64,000 nt of DNA from Harriotta raleighana. Taxonomy: Eukaryota. Positions within the stretch are counted from its first letter, which is position 1. The number at the start of each line of letters is the position of its first letter. The notes under the pieces were generated by a model. That model searched no databases. It was given only the letters and a program-made list of their open reading frames with translations, and was not told the origin of the DNA. Made by a program: the position numbers and the translations under genes. Positions 50,391-63,889 of the stretch are shown piece after piece. The stretch is from NCBI GenBank assembly GCA_050575255.1, contig JBNZDD010013712.1:8396852-8460851 (forward strand), read 5' to 3'.

Positions 50391-51769
50391 AATACTCTCT
50401 AGAATTAGGTAAGCTAGATGCTTCCTTCCTGTGGTTTTCAATACTCTTAAGCAGGATGATGGGTTTCCGCATGTGTCAGACACCCGACTGACAAAACAAA
50501 AGCTTGGAATCAAATTGAATCTAAGAGAAAGGAATCTGATTCAATTTTCTCTGCTTCTGAAAAGTTGCCGGTTCCCTCAAGCATCTATCAGTAGTCACGT
50601 ATCTTAAGGGTTTGCTAGTCAATAATCTTTCACCTTCATCAAAATCCATAAAAAATTTGAAGAACAACATTGCCAAACTTTCATGTAATCTTTATATGTA
50701 TTATTTGACAGCTATTCAACAACTGACCAAAAGTTCACAAAGAGGTCTATTTCAGTGTTCAGCAAATCTGCTGCTGCAATAGAAATGCAAATCTTTCCTC
50801 TGTCTCTCAGTGATTCTATACCAGTCAAAATGATGGGGACTATTCAAAAAATTAGTTTCATCAAAATGCATATGAAAATCATCAGTACCACAATGCAATA
50901 ATAGAATGAAAATTGAACCATTAATAGTTGGTGTTTTTTAATGGAAAGTCTCAATACTTTGAGTGCTGTGGATTTACCAATTCGCAAATTGTGCGTAAAG
51001 AATAGATCTCTTTTATATAGTTATTTCAAATTACCACACCAAAATGTGGGGAGATTTAATATTATTTAATATCCCAAGGGACTTTAACCAGAGTTATTAT
51101 TCTGCTTTTTAAAAAAAAACCTTTATCTTCCCGAGGCAATCAATATTAATGCTATTCCAAGTCATGATAGGAAAATCAATCCATGAGTTATTTTTTTCAA
51201 ACGCTGCCTCCAAGGACCTATTCTGAAAGTTAAAAGCATTTTCAAGGACTCTCCTTCAGATGCAATTGAACGATGAGATTAATGATGCCAATCAGAAGTG
51301 TGAAATCTTAAGGGAAAAATAATATAAAAGATAGCTTCATTTAAAAAGTTCATTGTCTATAATGGTACTGGTATAGCTTCGCCAACAACTGTCGCTACCA
51401 AAATTAACATGTAGTTCAAACTTGATTGAAAACAACATTGATAGTTTGAGGTTTTTCTGAGATTGATAAAAACAAGCAGACAATACCCCAGGAACCTTAT
51501 TTCTTAAGAGCGTGTTCCTTCCTCTTTTCCACAGATAAATATAATGGAGTTTGCTATATGCTTGCAGCCAGTCTGAACAGTTCATTGTTATAAGTAGTCT
51601 ACACTCACTTCAAAATCATCTTGAGTACTTTTTCACAATACATTGCGGAAGTGAAGAGATCTTTCCTCTCGGGTTTTGATTGTCAATTCTTTTTGCAATT
51701 TTGCCAAATCAGTAAGGTGATATTTTTAGTTTCAATATGTGATCTCATCAGAAAACCTATGTGTCAGCC

Positions 51770-51990
51770 AAGTTCACTGTTTAGCATTCTTGTCTCTGAA
51801 TCAGAAAGTTGTTGGTACAAATCTACATCAGGGCTTGAACTCCTTGTCCACACTGAGGCAGTGCTGCATTGTCAAATGTGCTGTCCATTCGCTCACCATA
51901 CTAATTAGGAACAGGGGGGTATTTCTCCTCATGTCCTATCCAACAATCCTTCAGATAAATTGATCATTCATTTCATGTCCTGTTTGCCTA
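51770..51990 (+). mobile_element. Old long Deu-SINE fragment
   Basis: agcattcttgtctctgaatcagaaagttgttggtacaaatc head resembles the 16.8 kb copy. Confidence 0.45.
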
Positions 51991-53379
51991 TAAATGCATA
52001 GTTGCTACAATTGACAGCAATTACCCATGAAACACTCATAGACACTTCAACATCACTGATTCTGATTAAACAAATGAAATGATTATGAAGGCCATGCTAT
52101 TCAATACACATATGCATATCATCCCCTGTAAATGGAAACTTACTTTTTTTGTCTCATAAGATAGGTACCATTATTTTTACAGTGAGATTGATAAAGATTC
52201 TCCTCTTTCCCAACATAACGTATTTAAGGACCAATGATGAGCATCATTGAAGAGATCTCATGGAGGTTTGTTGAGTTGAAAACAAATTGAAGTGTCCATC
52301 AACAATAATCTCACTGGAACACAGTGTTTTCGTAGGAATTAACACATTCTGACAAAGCAACTAAAAATGTCCTTTTAATAAAATCTAAACTCATTAATTT
52401 AATGCATCAAAAATGTCATTTGTGATTTAAAAATATTAAACAACTAAAATAAATTTAGGTTGTCTCCATTGCATTGTACATTTAAGGAAATGAATAATGT
52501 AATATACCTTTACTGCTTTGCAGGACAATAATCCAAATAATAATAATAATCCTTGCATTTCTTATCGAACCTTTCATGTCAGAAGGACATCTCAACGTCT
52601 TCACAAGCAATACTGTAATGACTACCTGTTTTGTAAACAAATGTGAAAGCAATGCCTCACAAAGAACAATCTAGTGAGCATGTAGTCCAATATTTACAGA
52701 ATGTTTACAGTTTGACATAATAATGGTAATTCAGCAATATTTAGTCTATCAATTGGACACACAATTGTGCTGCAGAACCTGCCATTCTGAAACTTCCTCC
52801 TCACTCACGCGGTGAAATCCACAAAGCCAAGCATCAGATTTGAAACTTCCAGTCTTCCACTGTCACGTAGCAGATTACAATCTACTTAGTAAACAACACT
52901 AGTCTCTCACTAAGTGTGGGTGAATGATTGTGATCCACAAATCCAATAAAACAAGTTCAACACCAAAGGCTTCATCACTGAGAAATGTGCATATGTGTGG
53001 AGAGTAAGGTGTTTGGCAATAACAACTGGGTCCATTCAATATGTCAACTTTTGAATTGAGATTTAATCCTAACATGAAAATGTTAGTGTCAGAATATATG
53101 ATAATTTCACCAATTAGGATGAACCCAAGAAAAGTATTTGAGAATTGATCATGAATACTCAGCAGTGGAGAATATCATAATAACAATAACAAATTAATAA
53201 TAATAATAAATAATAATACTGCAATGACAATTCTGCGCAACTCTGCTTTTATATTCTTTATACATAGTTAGCACAATTGCTTCAAAATATAATAATAAAT
53301 AAATAATTCTTACACTGATATAACAAGAATCTTTACATTTGGTATAACACCTTGTAAATGTATAGGACTATCCCATCAT

Positions 53380-54110
53380 TCATCACTTCTTCCACGATTA
53401 ATCCATTACCCTCCTCAATGGTCTATCCAGCTCCACCATTCATCAAATCCATTTAATTCAAAATTCTGCTGCCCACCTCCTCTCTCTTACTAAACTCCAA
53501 ACCCTATCACCCCAGCTCTTGCCAGGCTCCACTGGCTCCCTACTGCAGAATGAATTGAATTCAAGATACTCACCCAAGTATTTTTCCTGTGCAACATTGA
53601 TAATTGTGACATTCTTTTATTCATCTTTAATAAAATCTTTTTATTTAAAATAAAGATTGCCAATTTTTTGATATGTTTCTGCAACACTTCATCAAAATGT
53701 TTCAAACAACAACAAAATTACATTTGTAAAGAGCCTTTCATGTCGGGAGAAAGTCCCAGGATGCTGGACCACTTCACAGGAATTTCTTTATCCCCAGCAC
53801 TCTTTACCTCTCCAATATGCTTACATCCCACTACTCTACACTTCACTGAATTGGCTCTGAATTCCTGTCCATTATCCCTTTTCCCTCCATTCAACCAATA
53901 GTGTCTACGTGTTCAGCCACAATACCCCTAAGTCTCTGGAACTGTCTTGATCAAACCTTCCACCTTGTCTTTTCATTGTCCATTCCGGGTCACACCTCAA
54001 GACCTTGCTCTTCTGAACACCATGCCTAAAGTCACTGCAACTCTCTCCCTGGCTCTGCATTAAGCATGTTAAGTGCTCCAAGATGTTATATAAATGCAAG
54101 TTGTTTTTGT
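53380..54110 (+). mobile_element. Fragmented L2 pieces (53380-53580 and 53900-54110) with an opposite-strand tail at 53704-53770
   Basis: atcaccccagctcttgccaggctccactggctccct (ITPALARLHWLP); tail at about 54070-54110. Confidence 0.7.
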
Positions 54111-55737
54111 CGCTCTGAGGAACGGAACAGAGGTTTCTTTAAAGAATTATCATATCAAAAGAAGTCAAAAGTAAAGAGTACAATGTTTTACTAGGTATTA
54201 CTGAATGATGTCTGGTTTTTTAAAATGATATGAACTGTTTGTAGTCATGCTGGGAACAGTGATACAGACATCAATCAATCAAAAAATTACATTTATATAG
54301 CGTCTTTCATATCAGGATGACGTCCCAATGTTTAATGTACATTAATAATTATGTAGCTCATAACAGAATTTACAGATATTACAGAAAACCACCTTGAAAA
54401 TGATCTGGACTTTCTGCAATTCTAAGAAAATTGAATAAACCTAGAACCATGTGCAATTTCACCCATTATGTGCTAATGCTAAGTGCACTTAAAATACTCA
54501 CAGACCTAAATTTGAAAAACATCAATATAAACTTAGCATAAAAAGTTTTGAATGTTAAGGCTTTTGTTCTTAATTTGCCTGAACTAGTCATGCAAAAGTT
54601 CTAATTGAAGCAGGTCTTTACACTGACAGTTTGTTTTATTATTATCTCACTTCATTCACTGCGAGCTATAAAATGTGCCTGTTGACTGATCCTAACTGCT
54701 ATTTAACAGTTTCATTTGAACACAAGACACATAATGATATAATTGTTATTGTACTGGCAGACTGCACAAAAGTATAAACATTCAAAAATAATAATCCTTG
54801 CAATTGATACAGCCTCTATACTGCCAAAATATCTCAACATGTTTCACTTAATTTTCTGCATATGAATTTTCTGCATATGAAGGCAGACATCCCACAAACA
54901 GCTATGAAGTGAATGAGTGAAAGACCAATTTTAGAACCATGTTCTTTACACGACAGAAGAAAATTATTCACTTCATTTTTTCTATGCTTATTCATTGGAA
55001 GAGCAATCCATTCAGTACCATTTACCTGCTATTTGCCAATAGCACTGCAAATAATTCATTTTCAAGATATATATCCGCACTCTCTTAAAAGCTAATATAG
55101 ATTGATCCTATGTACAAATAGCAATAGATTCCACATCTTAACACCTCACTGTATATTAGAAGAAAATACATTCAATTTCTTCCTTTGCTGCAATGTTTTG
55201 CATTATCTTAAATTGATTTTTTCTCACTACTGCCTCACCATCTGATAAGTATCTCCTTATCAGAAGATCATAAGGTTCGTCTGGATTTGGGCCCTTCCAA
55301 TTTCATCCCTCTAAAACACCCACCATCACATCACTTCATCCCTGCATCAAGATGATTTTTAATGTCCTGATCCCTATCACCCTTCGAGGCATCCTGTTCC
55401 ATCCTGTTACCCTATGCGAAAAGAACACTCCATGTCCTTCAGTTGCCCTTCGCAACAATAAACCTATGTCCTCTTACTCTATTGTTGTGATACCTTTAGG
55501 ATCACGCAATAACAAGCAACAACAAATTACCTTCGTATATGCACTCTGGGACACTACCCTGTGTGAGGGGCATTTATATATAAATGCAACTTTTTGCTAT
55601 TGTTGTTGATACCTCCTAAAGTAATCATCAGGTGTACTCACAAGTTAAAGTAGTAGGTTGGTAAACAAGATCACCTTCACTAACTTTTCAATGGCTTTAG
55701 AACTTATCAGCTTTCCATTCAAAAGTAATTAAACTAC

Positions 55738-56000
55738 TAATAATAACCTTTGCATTTGCTATAACGTTTTTCATGTCTTCTAGATGACTCAAAGTGCTTC
55801 ACAGAATGTACAGCAATGTGAATTGACTATATTTGTGGGCAAAAAGCGGCAATCAGTCAATTGTGCACATCAGTGACCCACAAATAGTCGTAGATTGAGT
55901 GAACAAACTGTTATTGTTCTTTTGAGGGATTATTATTAGGTGTGTGGAGTAAGGAAACTTGCCCAAGGTTTCGCCCTTCTGGGAAACGAACTTAGGTCTC
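55738..56000 (-). mobile_element. Deu-SINE
   Basis: Tail, core and gagtaaggaaacttgcccaaggtttcgccc head region. Confidence 0.85.
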
Positions 56001-57453
56001 GAATTGAAAACAACAACATGTTTTGTTTATGTAGCACCCTTCACACCAGAAGGCACCTCCGCAAATAAAATACAATAAAATACTTAAATACATTTGCCCC
56101 TAAAATATAAAAAAATTGATGTTGTGCATTTTAATACGTCAGAGATGAGAGGGGTTATTTAAAAAAAAATTGGAAGATCTCTGAACATTCTAATCAGTCT
56201 TGAAATAATTTGCTGTTGCCATTGACATTATCAAATGAATTTGTGGAATAAATCCTTGAAATTGTTCAGAGATAATGAAAATGGAACCTGCCACTTCAAG
56301 CAAGGTATGGTTCGAGAGAAGGAGCTCTCAGAAGTGAGTGATTTTACCACTGTTTTAGCCAAATGTTATTCAGGTTACTCTATTTGACGTTCAAGATATA
56401 ATTTCAAAACCTAATGTTCTTTTCAGAGATATTATTTCATTTGAGGATTTTAACCTACTCAATTTGGACAGATTGGAAGTGAAGTGTTTCTTTAAAGTTT
56501 GACCTGCAGTTGTGGCTGCTTTTCTTTGTAGATTCTGTGTGATAATTTGAATTACATTTGCTTTAATTTCCAAATTATCGCAGATTGAAATTTTGCTCCC
56601 TCCACCCGCCCACCTACTCAATTTGGACAGATTGACCACCACAGGGTATACATCATATATATATATCTACATCAAAGCCATGACCCACCACCCCACTTAC
56701 ATCCCACAACTTTTTTTTCTTCCCAGATGCACTTCAAAGACAAAGAGCTATTCTTTCTTCATCTTATCTAATTGTAATGACCATTCTGCACAAACTGACT
56801 TTGAAGTTATGTTATTTTGTGAAAAAATAATTAATGCATTTTAAATGATACGAGGAATATGCACCACTTGCATTACTAGTTGAAATCCTCACTTTGTCAG
56901 GATCAGTGGATTTCTTCAGTCAATGAATGGCTCATGTACAAGCAAATAAAGCAATGATCCCCTGTGTGCTTCTCTCTGTAATTTAAAGTTATTGTATATC
57001 ATGCATTTAATGAAGGAAATGTAGTAAATTTATAAAGCACTCCAGTCAAAGCTTTGTTTTGCAAGATCAAGAAATAATTAACATTTTTTGTTATATCATT
57101 TGTTTGTTGCTCATCTCACGGAAATAAAAAAGGTCAATTTTAAATTCTTTATTTCCGATCTCTGCTTTCATTTCTCTCTCGTTAGAATCCTGTGGAAATT
57201 ACAGTTCCCTAATTTCCAGTTATATGTAAAAAGTTTAAAACATGTTTCTGATGGCGATCAAACATCCTGAATCTCGTTTTGGCTATTTCCTGATCTAGGA
57301 TTTGAATGACTACAGGTATTAAGTTAAAACAGACAACATGGTCTGAAGCAAGACTGTGAAGTTGAAATATCCACCAACTTTACATGTTTTCACGAACAGA
57401 CGTCCAAGAGCAGAGCTGAAAGAAGCCTAGAATCAGCTTTCCCATGTTATCTT

Positions 57454-60440
57454 ACATAAGAACATCAGAATTAGGAGCAGGAGTAGCCATTCGGCCCTTC
57501 GAGCCTGCCCCGCCATTTAATAAGATCATGGCTGATATTCTGACCTAACTCTAAATACCTGCCCTATCCCCATATCCCCTAATCCCTCTATTTTTCAAAA
57601 ATCTATCAGTCTCAGCCTTGAAAATGTTCAAAGACTGAGCATCTATAGCTTTTTGAGGTAGTGAATTCCATAAATTTACTATCCTCTGAGTGAAGAGATG
57701 TTTCCTCAACTCTGTTCTAAAAGGCTGACCCTTAATTTTAAGACTGTGACCCTCGGTTATAGATTCTCCTACCAAGAGAAACAATCCCTCAGTGTCTACT
57801 TTATCCAGCCCTTTAAGAATCTTATATGTTTCAATAAAATCCCCCCTAATTCTTCTGTACTCTGGAGAATACAGCCCTAGTTTATTCAAACTATCCTCAT
57901 AGGTCAGTCCCCTCATTCCAGGAACTAACCTAATGAATTTACGCTGCTCCTCCTCTAAGGCAAGTATGTCCTTTTTTAAATAAGGAGACCAAAACTGCAC
58001 AAAATACTCTAGGTGCGGTCTCACCAAAGCCCTATACAGTTGCAGCAAGATTTCCCTACTCTTGTACTCTAAATCTTTTGAAATGAACGCTAGCATGCTG
58101 TTGCCTTCTTAGTTGCTTGCCGCACCTGCAAACTAATTTTTTGAGACTGGTGAACAAGGACACCCAAATCCCTTTGAATACTAACATTATCTAACCTCTT
58201 CCCCTCTAGAAAATAATCTATTCTTTTATTTTTGCTACCTAGGTGAATAATTTCACACTTGCCAACATTAAATTCCATCTGCCACCTACATGCCCACTCC
58301 CCCAGATTGTTGCAATCTTTTTGCATCATCCTCAGAGCTCACTCTGCTGCCTAGTTTAGTGTTATCCACGAATTTAGACACATTACATTCAATGTCCTCG
58401 TCCAGATCATTGCTGTAAATAGTAAATAGCTGAGGCCCAAGCACTGATCCTTGAGGCACTCCACTAGTTACATCCTGCCAGTTTTAGAATGATCCGTTTA
58501 TCTCTACTCTCTGCTTTCTACCCGTTAGCCACTCTTCTATCCATGTTAATATGTTCCCATTAATCCCGTGGGATTTAATCTTGAGTAACAGCGTTTTGTG
58601 TGGCACCTTGTCAAATGCCTTCCTAAAATCCAAATATACCACATCTACTGGTTCCCCCTTATCCAACCTGCTGGATTCATCCTCAAAAAATTCTAAAAGA
58701 TTAGTCAAGCATGACTTCCTTTTTGTGAAGCCATGTTGACTCTGTCTAATCTCTTTATGGTCTTCAAGGTAACCCATATCTACATCTTTAATTAAGGACT
58801 CAAGAATTTTTCCTACGACTGATGTCAGACTAACTGGTCTATAGTTTCCCATATTTTCTCTCTCACCCTTCTTAAATAGTGGAGTTACGTTTGCAATCTT
58901 CCAATCAATGGGGACTTTTCTAGTATCCAGAGAATTTTGGAAGATTATAGACAAGTCATCCACTATCTCAGTAGCCACATCCTTTAAAACTCTAGGATGC
59001 AGGCCATCTGGTCCAGGGTATTTATTTAATTTACCTAAAACCATTTCTTTACTAATGATAATCTCGCTAAATTGCTCGCTAACATTGTCTTCTTGGTTCC
59101 CCTCTATTTTTGGTATGTTTCCAGTGTCTTCTACGGTGAAGATTGTAGAAAAATACTTGTTTAATGACTCTGCCATGTCTTTGTCCCCTATTATAATTCC
59201 TCCGGTCTCTGCCTGTAATGGACCCACATTCACCTTCGATAGCCTTTTCGTCTTTACATATTTATAAAAACTCTTGCAGTCTGTTTTTATGTTCTTCGCT
59301 AGTTTGCCCTCATAATCTATTTTCTCCCTCTTGATCAAATTTTTGGTCCTCCTCTGTTGTTCCCTAAAGTTCTCCCAATCCATGGGTTTACTACTCATTT
59401 TAGCTGTTTTATAGGCTACTTCTTTTGATTTGATACTTTCCCTAACTACTCTATTTAGCCACGGCTGGACGACCTTTCCCATGGCATTCTTATTTCTCAA
59501 AGGAATATGTGCTCGCTGGGAATTTTGCATTATCTCCTTGAATGTCTGCAATTGCTGGTCTACTGTCAAATCCTTAAATATAGATTCCCAGTTTATTCTG
59601 GCTAAATCCTCTCTCATACCAGCAAAGTTGCCTCTATTTAAATTGAAGACCTTTGCTTCAGACTTAACTACTTCCCTCTCTAACTTAATGCTAAATTCCA
59701 TCATATTATGATCACTTTACCTTTGAGGAGCCTTAAGTTCCAGTTTGTTTCATTACACAAAACAAGGTCTAATATGACCTGTCTCCTGGTCGGCTCCTCG
59801 GCAAACTGACCTAAAATGTTATCCCTAATACATTCTATAAACTCCTCTTCTATCTTACTTTTCCCAATTTGGTTGTCCCGGTCTATATGCAGGTTAAAAT
59901 CACCCACAATTAGTGTCTTTCCTTTGCTACATGCTCCTGATTTAAACCTTGAGCAATAATTTGACTGCTGTTTGGGGGTCTATAAACTACTCCCACTATA
60001 ATTTTCTGCCCTTTGAAGTTATGTACCTCTACCCATATTGACTATACATCTTGCTTTTCAGATTTAAAATCTTTACTCTCTACTGTTTTTATCCCATCCT
60101 TTATTAGCAGGGCCATCCCACCTCCTCGTTTACCACATTGCCTATCTTTCCTATATACCACGTACCTAGGAATATTTAGTTCCCACCCTTGATCACCCTG
60201 TAACCTTGCCTCGTGATGGCTATTAGATCATACCGGTTTGTCTCTATTTGCGCAACTAATTCATCTATCTTGTTTTGAATGCTTTGTGCATTCAGATATA
60301 GCGCCCTTAATTCTGACTTCTGGCTATTAACCCTATTCACCAGCGCCCTATCACTGAACTTCCTTGACACACTTTGCTTTTCTCCCTTGCTAATCTGCTC
60401 TCCCACTTTCGTTGATCCCAAGTTCATCTTCATGACCATG
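57454..60440 (-). mobile_element. CR1 LINE with near-complete ORF2 (APE endonuclease and RT), frameshifted
   Basis: LYLNAQSIQNK, GDFN, PGPDGLHPRVLK, NYRPVSLTSVVGKILE, DFRKAFDKVPH, GVPQGSVLGP, LVRPHLEY, LWNSLP; 3' UTR hairpin and ttcttatg-type tail. Confidence 0.97.
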
Positions 60441-60660
60441 ATATTATTGATGAAAGTAACTAGCTTGCATTGTGTTTCAACTTCATCTTAAAATAAACAA
60501 AATGTGTTTATATAGAGCCAAACCAAAAGGGAGCACCTCAAAGTGCTTTCCAGAGACTGCAGTGGATATTGAGCAGCGAGATTGGGGAATGTCAAAATGA
60601 CACTCCTCGCCAGAGCGGGAGGGATAATTGCTGAAGTCTCAGCCAACAATGGTGAGGCAG

Positions 60661-60707
60661 AAAGCACAAAGAAATGTCTCAAAGCACAAAGAAATGTCTC
60701 AAAGCAC
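60661..60707. repeat. 20-bp tandem repeat, about 2.3 copies
   Basis: aaagcacaaagaaatgtctc repeated. Confidence 0.9.
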
Positions 60708-63105
60708 TTTTGCAAATGCAATCAATAAAAAAATTAAGTGAATAATTAATGTGAAAATTTAGCAGCTAATCTGCACCAGCAACAAGGATGGGGTTGGAGA
60801 GGAAGAATAGGGCAAAATAATCATTGATTTCTATTTTCTATTTTAAGGACTCCATGCATGGCTGAAAACCCAAATTGAAGAAAGAAAGCGTTCCATCCAC
60901 GTCTTTATTCGTTGGATAAGTAAACCATGTCAGGGTGTTAAATGAAGTGTCTCACAGACTCGCATCCCAATCAATCTGAAGCACGAATAGACTCAGCAAC
61001 AAAAGAATTCTACATCAACGACAATTAACATTTGACTACTCAAGTAAGTGGCGCTGAAGGTTCTCAGTGAACAAGTAATCATTTAGTGGCACGGATGCAT
61101 CTGTCAGACAAAGGAGACTTTCTCTGACGTAGACAATTTCTTTAAATAGACTATTTATGGCACTGGAGCTCATGAGAAATTAAGATTGCAGTTTCTTATT
61201 CAAAATATACCAGTTAGAGCTGGTTGTCATTCTCATGAACATGACTGCTGAATAATTAGACAAGACTCAACAAAATGTGAAGACTTAATGCAAGTAGAGG
61301 TGTGTGTAAAAACTAATCACGGACTTCAATCATATTAACTGTTTCGGTTTACTCTTAATATTCATGGGTGTGATTACTGCAGTGCTTGATCACAGGTGAA
61401 GAACACGACCATTGTGCTGACTACCCCCGAAGCAGCTGGAAGACAAGTTAAGCTCCTTCACGTCATTAAAGTCACACACTGAGATTGTAATAGGATTGTG
61501 CACTAAAACGCGATCAAAGATATCAGGAACAAAGAAGGTTAGGTTGACAAAGCTTATTGGCAAAGGTCACATTTTAAATTGTACTTCAGCGACTACTGCT
61601 CTAAGTTGTCTTAAAGGAGCAGTGAGAGATATCATTGTGCGCCACTGTTTTGAAAGGAAGATATGTCGACTGCTGAAATGGGATTCAAGGAATAGTAACG
61701 TGAAACAGTTTAACCATAGAACCAAAGACCCTTAGGAAAGTGCAGCACATAAAAATCCCATTCGACCCATCTTGTAGGTGCTGGCTATTTTAACAAGCAA
61801 TTCTTTCAGTCCAATTTACCTGCCTTTTCCCCCATACCTTTATAGTTTACACCTCCTTTCTTGAGGAGTGTTAATTATTATTCACAATAAAATAGTGACA
61901 ATAATAATCTTTGAATTTGATGTAACATCAAATTCTCTCAAGACAATGACTTCAAAGTAATCATTATAAAGTGTGGTAACTGAGTGTGTATATATGAGAA
62001 CATTGCTACCATTATCTTGCCCATAGTTTGGACACACATCCCTTCCCATCCCTGAGCTAGTGTAACTGCAACAGACAATTTAAGCACAGCAATGTCCTTC
62101 CAACAGTTAGGAATTGAATGGTCATTTCATCTGAAGGATTAGCCTGGATCTGGCTAGGAACAGCACACTGTTGATAAACTGAAGTCAGTCAATTACAAAA
62201 GATAGACTGTGGGTGTGAGTCTCCCTGTCACTGTTAGGATTCATGTACGAAAAAACTACCCCGCTTCCATTGGCACAACATCTCTTTCCTTCACCAATTG
62301 GTCATTTGACATCTGACAAATGCAGGTTTATATATGGCAGTGAACAGGAACTCCCTGCGAGCTTCCTGGTGAGCAGAACATTGCTGCCGCTTTCCTGCTC
62401 ACAGTTTGGATACATGTCGCTTCCCATTGAGCAATGGTTCCACCAGTTGGAGGTGTGGAGCTTGAGAAGTAACTGCTGTTTATCTCTCTGCATACGATCA
62501 ACCGGATATATGAATGTGTGATCACCAACAGCTATCGCTCGAAGCCTCAGGGTTTTATCTGCTAATTAAAAAACTGCTGCTTTCAATGCAATGGAAGAAT
62601 AAGGCAGTTGGTGTTCTTGATGTCCATGATAATGTACCAGGTTTACTTAGCACCAACTGCTTAATCCATTTTTATCCTTGTGGGTTATGGTTTGTCAAAT
62701 AGACCTGCTCACTGTGAAATTCACTCCGCCTCCCAAGAAATCAGCAACAGGTTACTACCTAACCGTTTGGTGCCTTGGCATGTCCTCCTGATGTGAAAGG
62801 CGCTATATAAATGTACGTTTTGATTGATTGAAGGCAGGCCCTGCTCTCCTGCAGACACGTCATATTTCCTTACCACAAATCCATCTCATTGCTTGGTCTT
62901 GGACTTCGCAAATGGACAAAAGGCAACTCTTCTGCTCCATGTTCAGGTGCTCAGAGCCATGAAGGAAACCTGTTTGGACACTGGGCTTATCCTGTTTTGA
63001 GATCTCGATGTCCTTGATGAGAAACAAAAGCACTATAACAAAAGACTGACCTTCCCAGATTCTCAGTGAACACTGATGAACAAACAAATAATAATAACCC
63101 TGGTA

Positions 63106-63884
63106 CAGTAAAACCTTGTTTATCCGTGACTCGATGAACCGGAAAACCCGTTTAACCGCCACCTCAAAAAAAAAGTCCCGATTCGATTAACCGTAAGTTA
63201 TCCGGCAAATAGTGATGACGGGTTTAATGAATGAACTGTTGCAAGTGAGTGCAATAATCACGGTTGGCCATTAGGCATGTCTAAACTGATGAGATGCTCA
63301 GAGCCCTGGGCAGCAGCCATTTACAAGTGAGACACACAGATTGAAAGGAACACCCACACACAGATAGAGAGACAGATACAGATAGAGAGACACACACACT
63401 CAAATACAGAGAGAGAGAGAGACATTCAGATACAGAGAGGGAGGGAGACATAGAGAGACAGAGACAGACACATAGACAGAAAGAGAGAAAGAGGGGGAGA
63501 GAGAGAGAGAAAGACACAGACAGACTCACACACACAGACAGAGAGAGACACACACCTAGACAGAGAGAGAGAGAGAGAGACAGACACATACATACACACA
63601 CAGAGAGGGAGCAAGAGACCACAGAGAGAGAGAGAGAGAGACAGGGAGAGAAAAAAGTCGCGGTTTTTCTTACCTTGGTCGTTTTTATTTGTTAATGGAA
63701 ACTCACGCATAGTGATGCTTGTCTAAGCTATTACAACACAGAAGTTGCTACTTTGGTTGATTTGACCTAAAATATGTCGGGTGAGGGCTGCGATTGCTAA
63801 GTAAATAAAAATTCTAATACAATATTCTGTTGTTAACCGCCACTGGCCAGGTCCCGTGGGTGCTGGATAATTGAGGTTTTACTG
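63106..63884. mobile_element. pogo/Tigger-type MITE containing an AG/AC microsatellite
   Basis: TA duplication at 63104-5 and 63885-6; TIR cagtaaaacct-nnn-ttatcc at both ends. Confidence 0.85.
63350..63650. repeat. Compound (AG)n/(AC)n microsatellite
   Basis: Directly visible. Confidence 0.95.
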
Positions 63885-63889
63885 TATTT

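Noticed and set aside
51260-51720. Short coiled-coil-like peptides (MQLNDEINDANQKCEILREK; LTDLAKLQKELTIK)
   Set aside because: They are short, on opposite strands, lack consistent splice-site pairs and have no recognisable homology.
58484-59704. 406-aa ORF as a functional or domesticated gene
   Set aside because: It is part of a frameshifted CR1 ORF2 with a mutated RT active site.
3560-62830. L2 strand bias as an indicator of host-gene orientation
   Set aside because: The plus-strand excess in the first 30 kb reverses at 32-41 kb, and there are too few copies to conclude.
62988-63012. HRDLK kinase-like motif on the minus strand
   Set aside because: A stop follows two codons later and no other kinase motifs are present.
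63281-63710. Ser/Leu/Val/Cys-rich ORFs
   Set aside because: They are translations of the AG/AC microsatellite.
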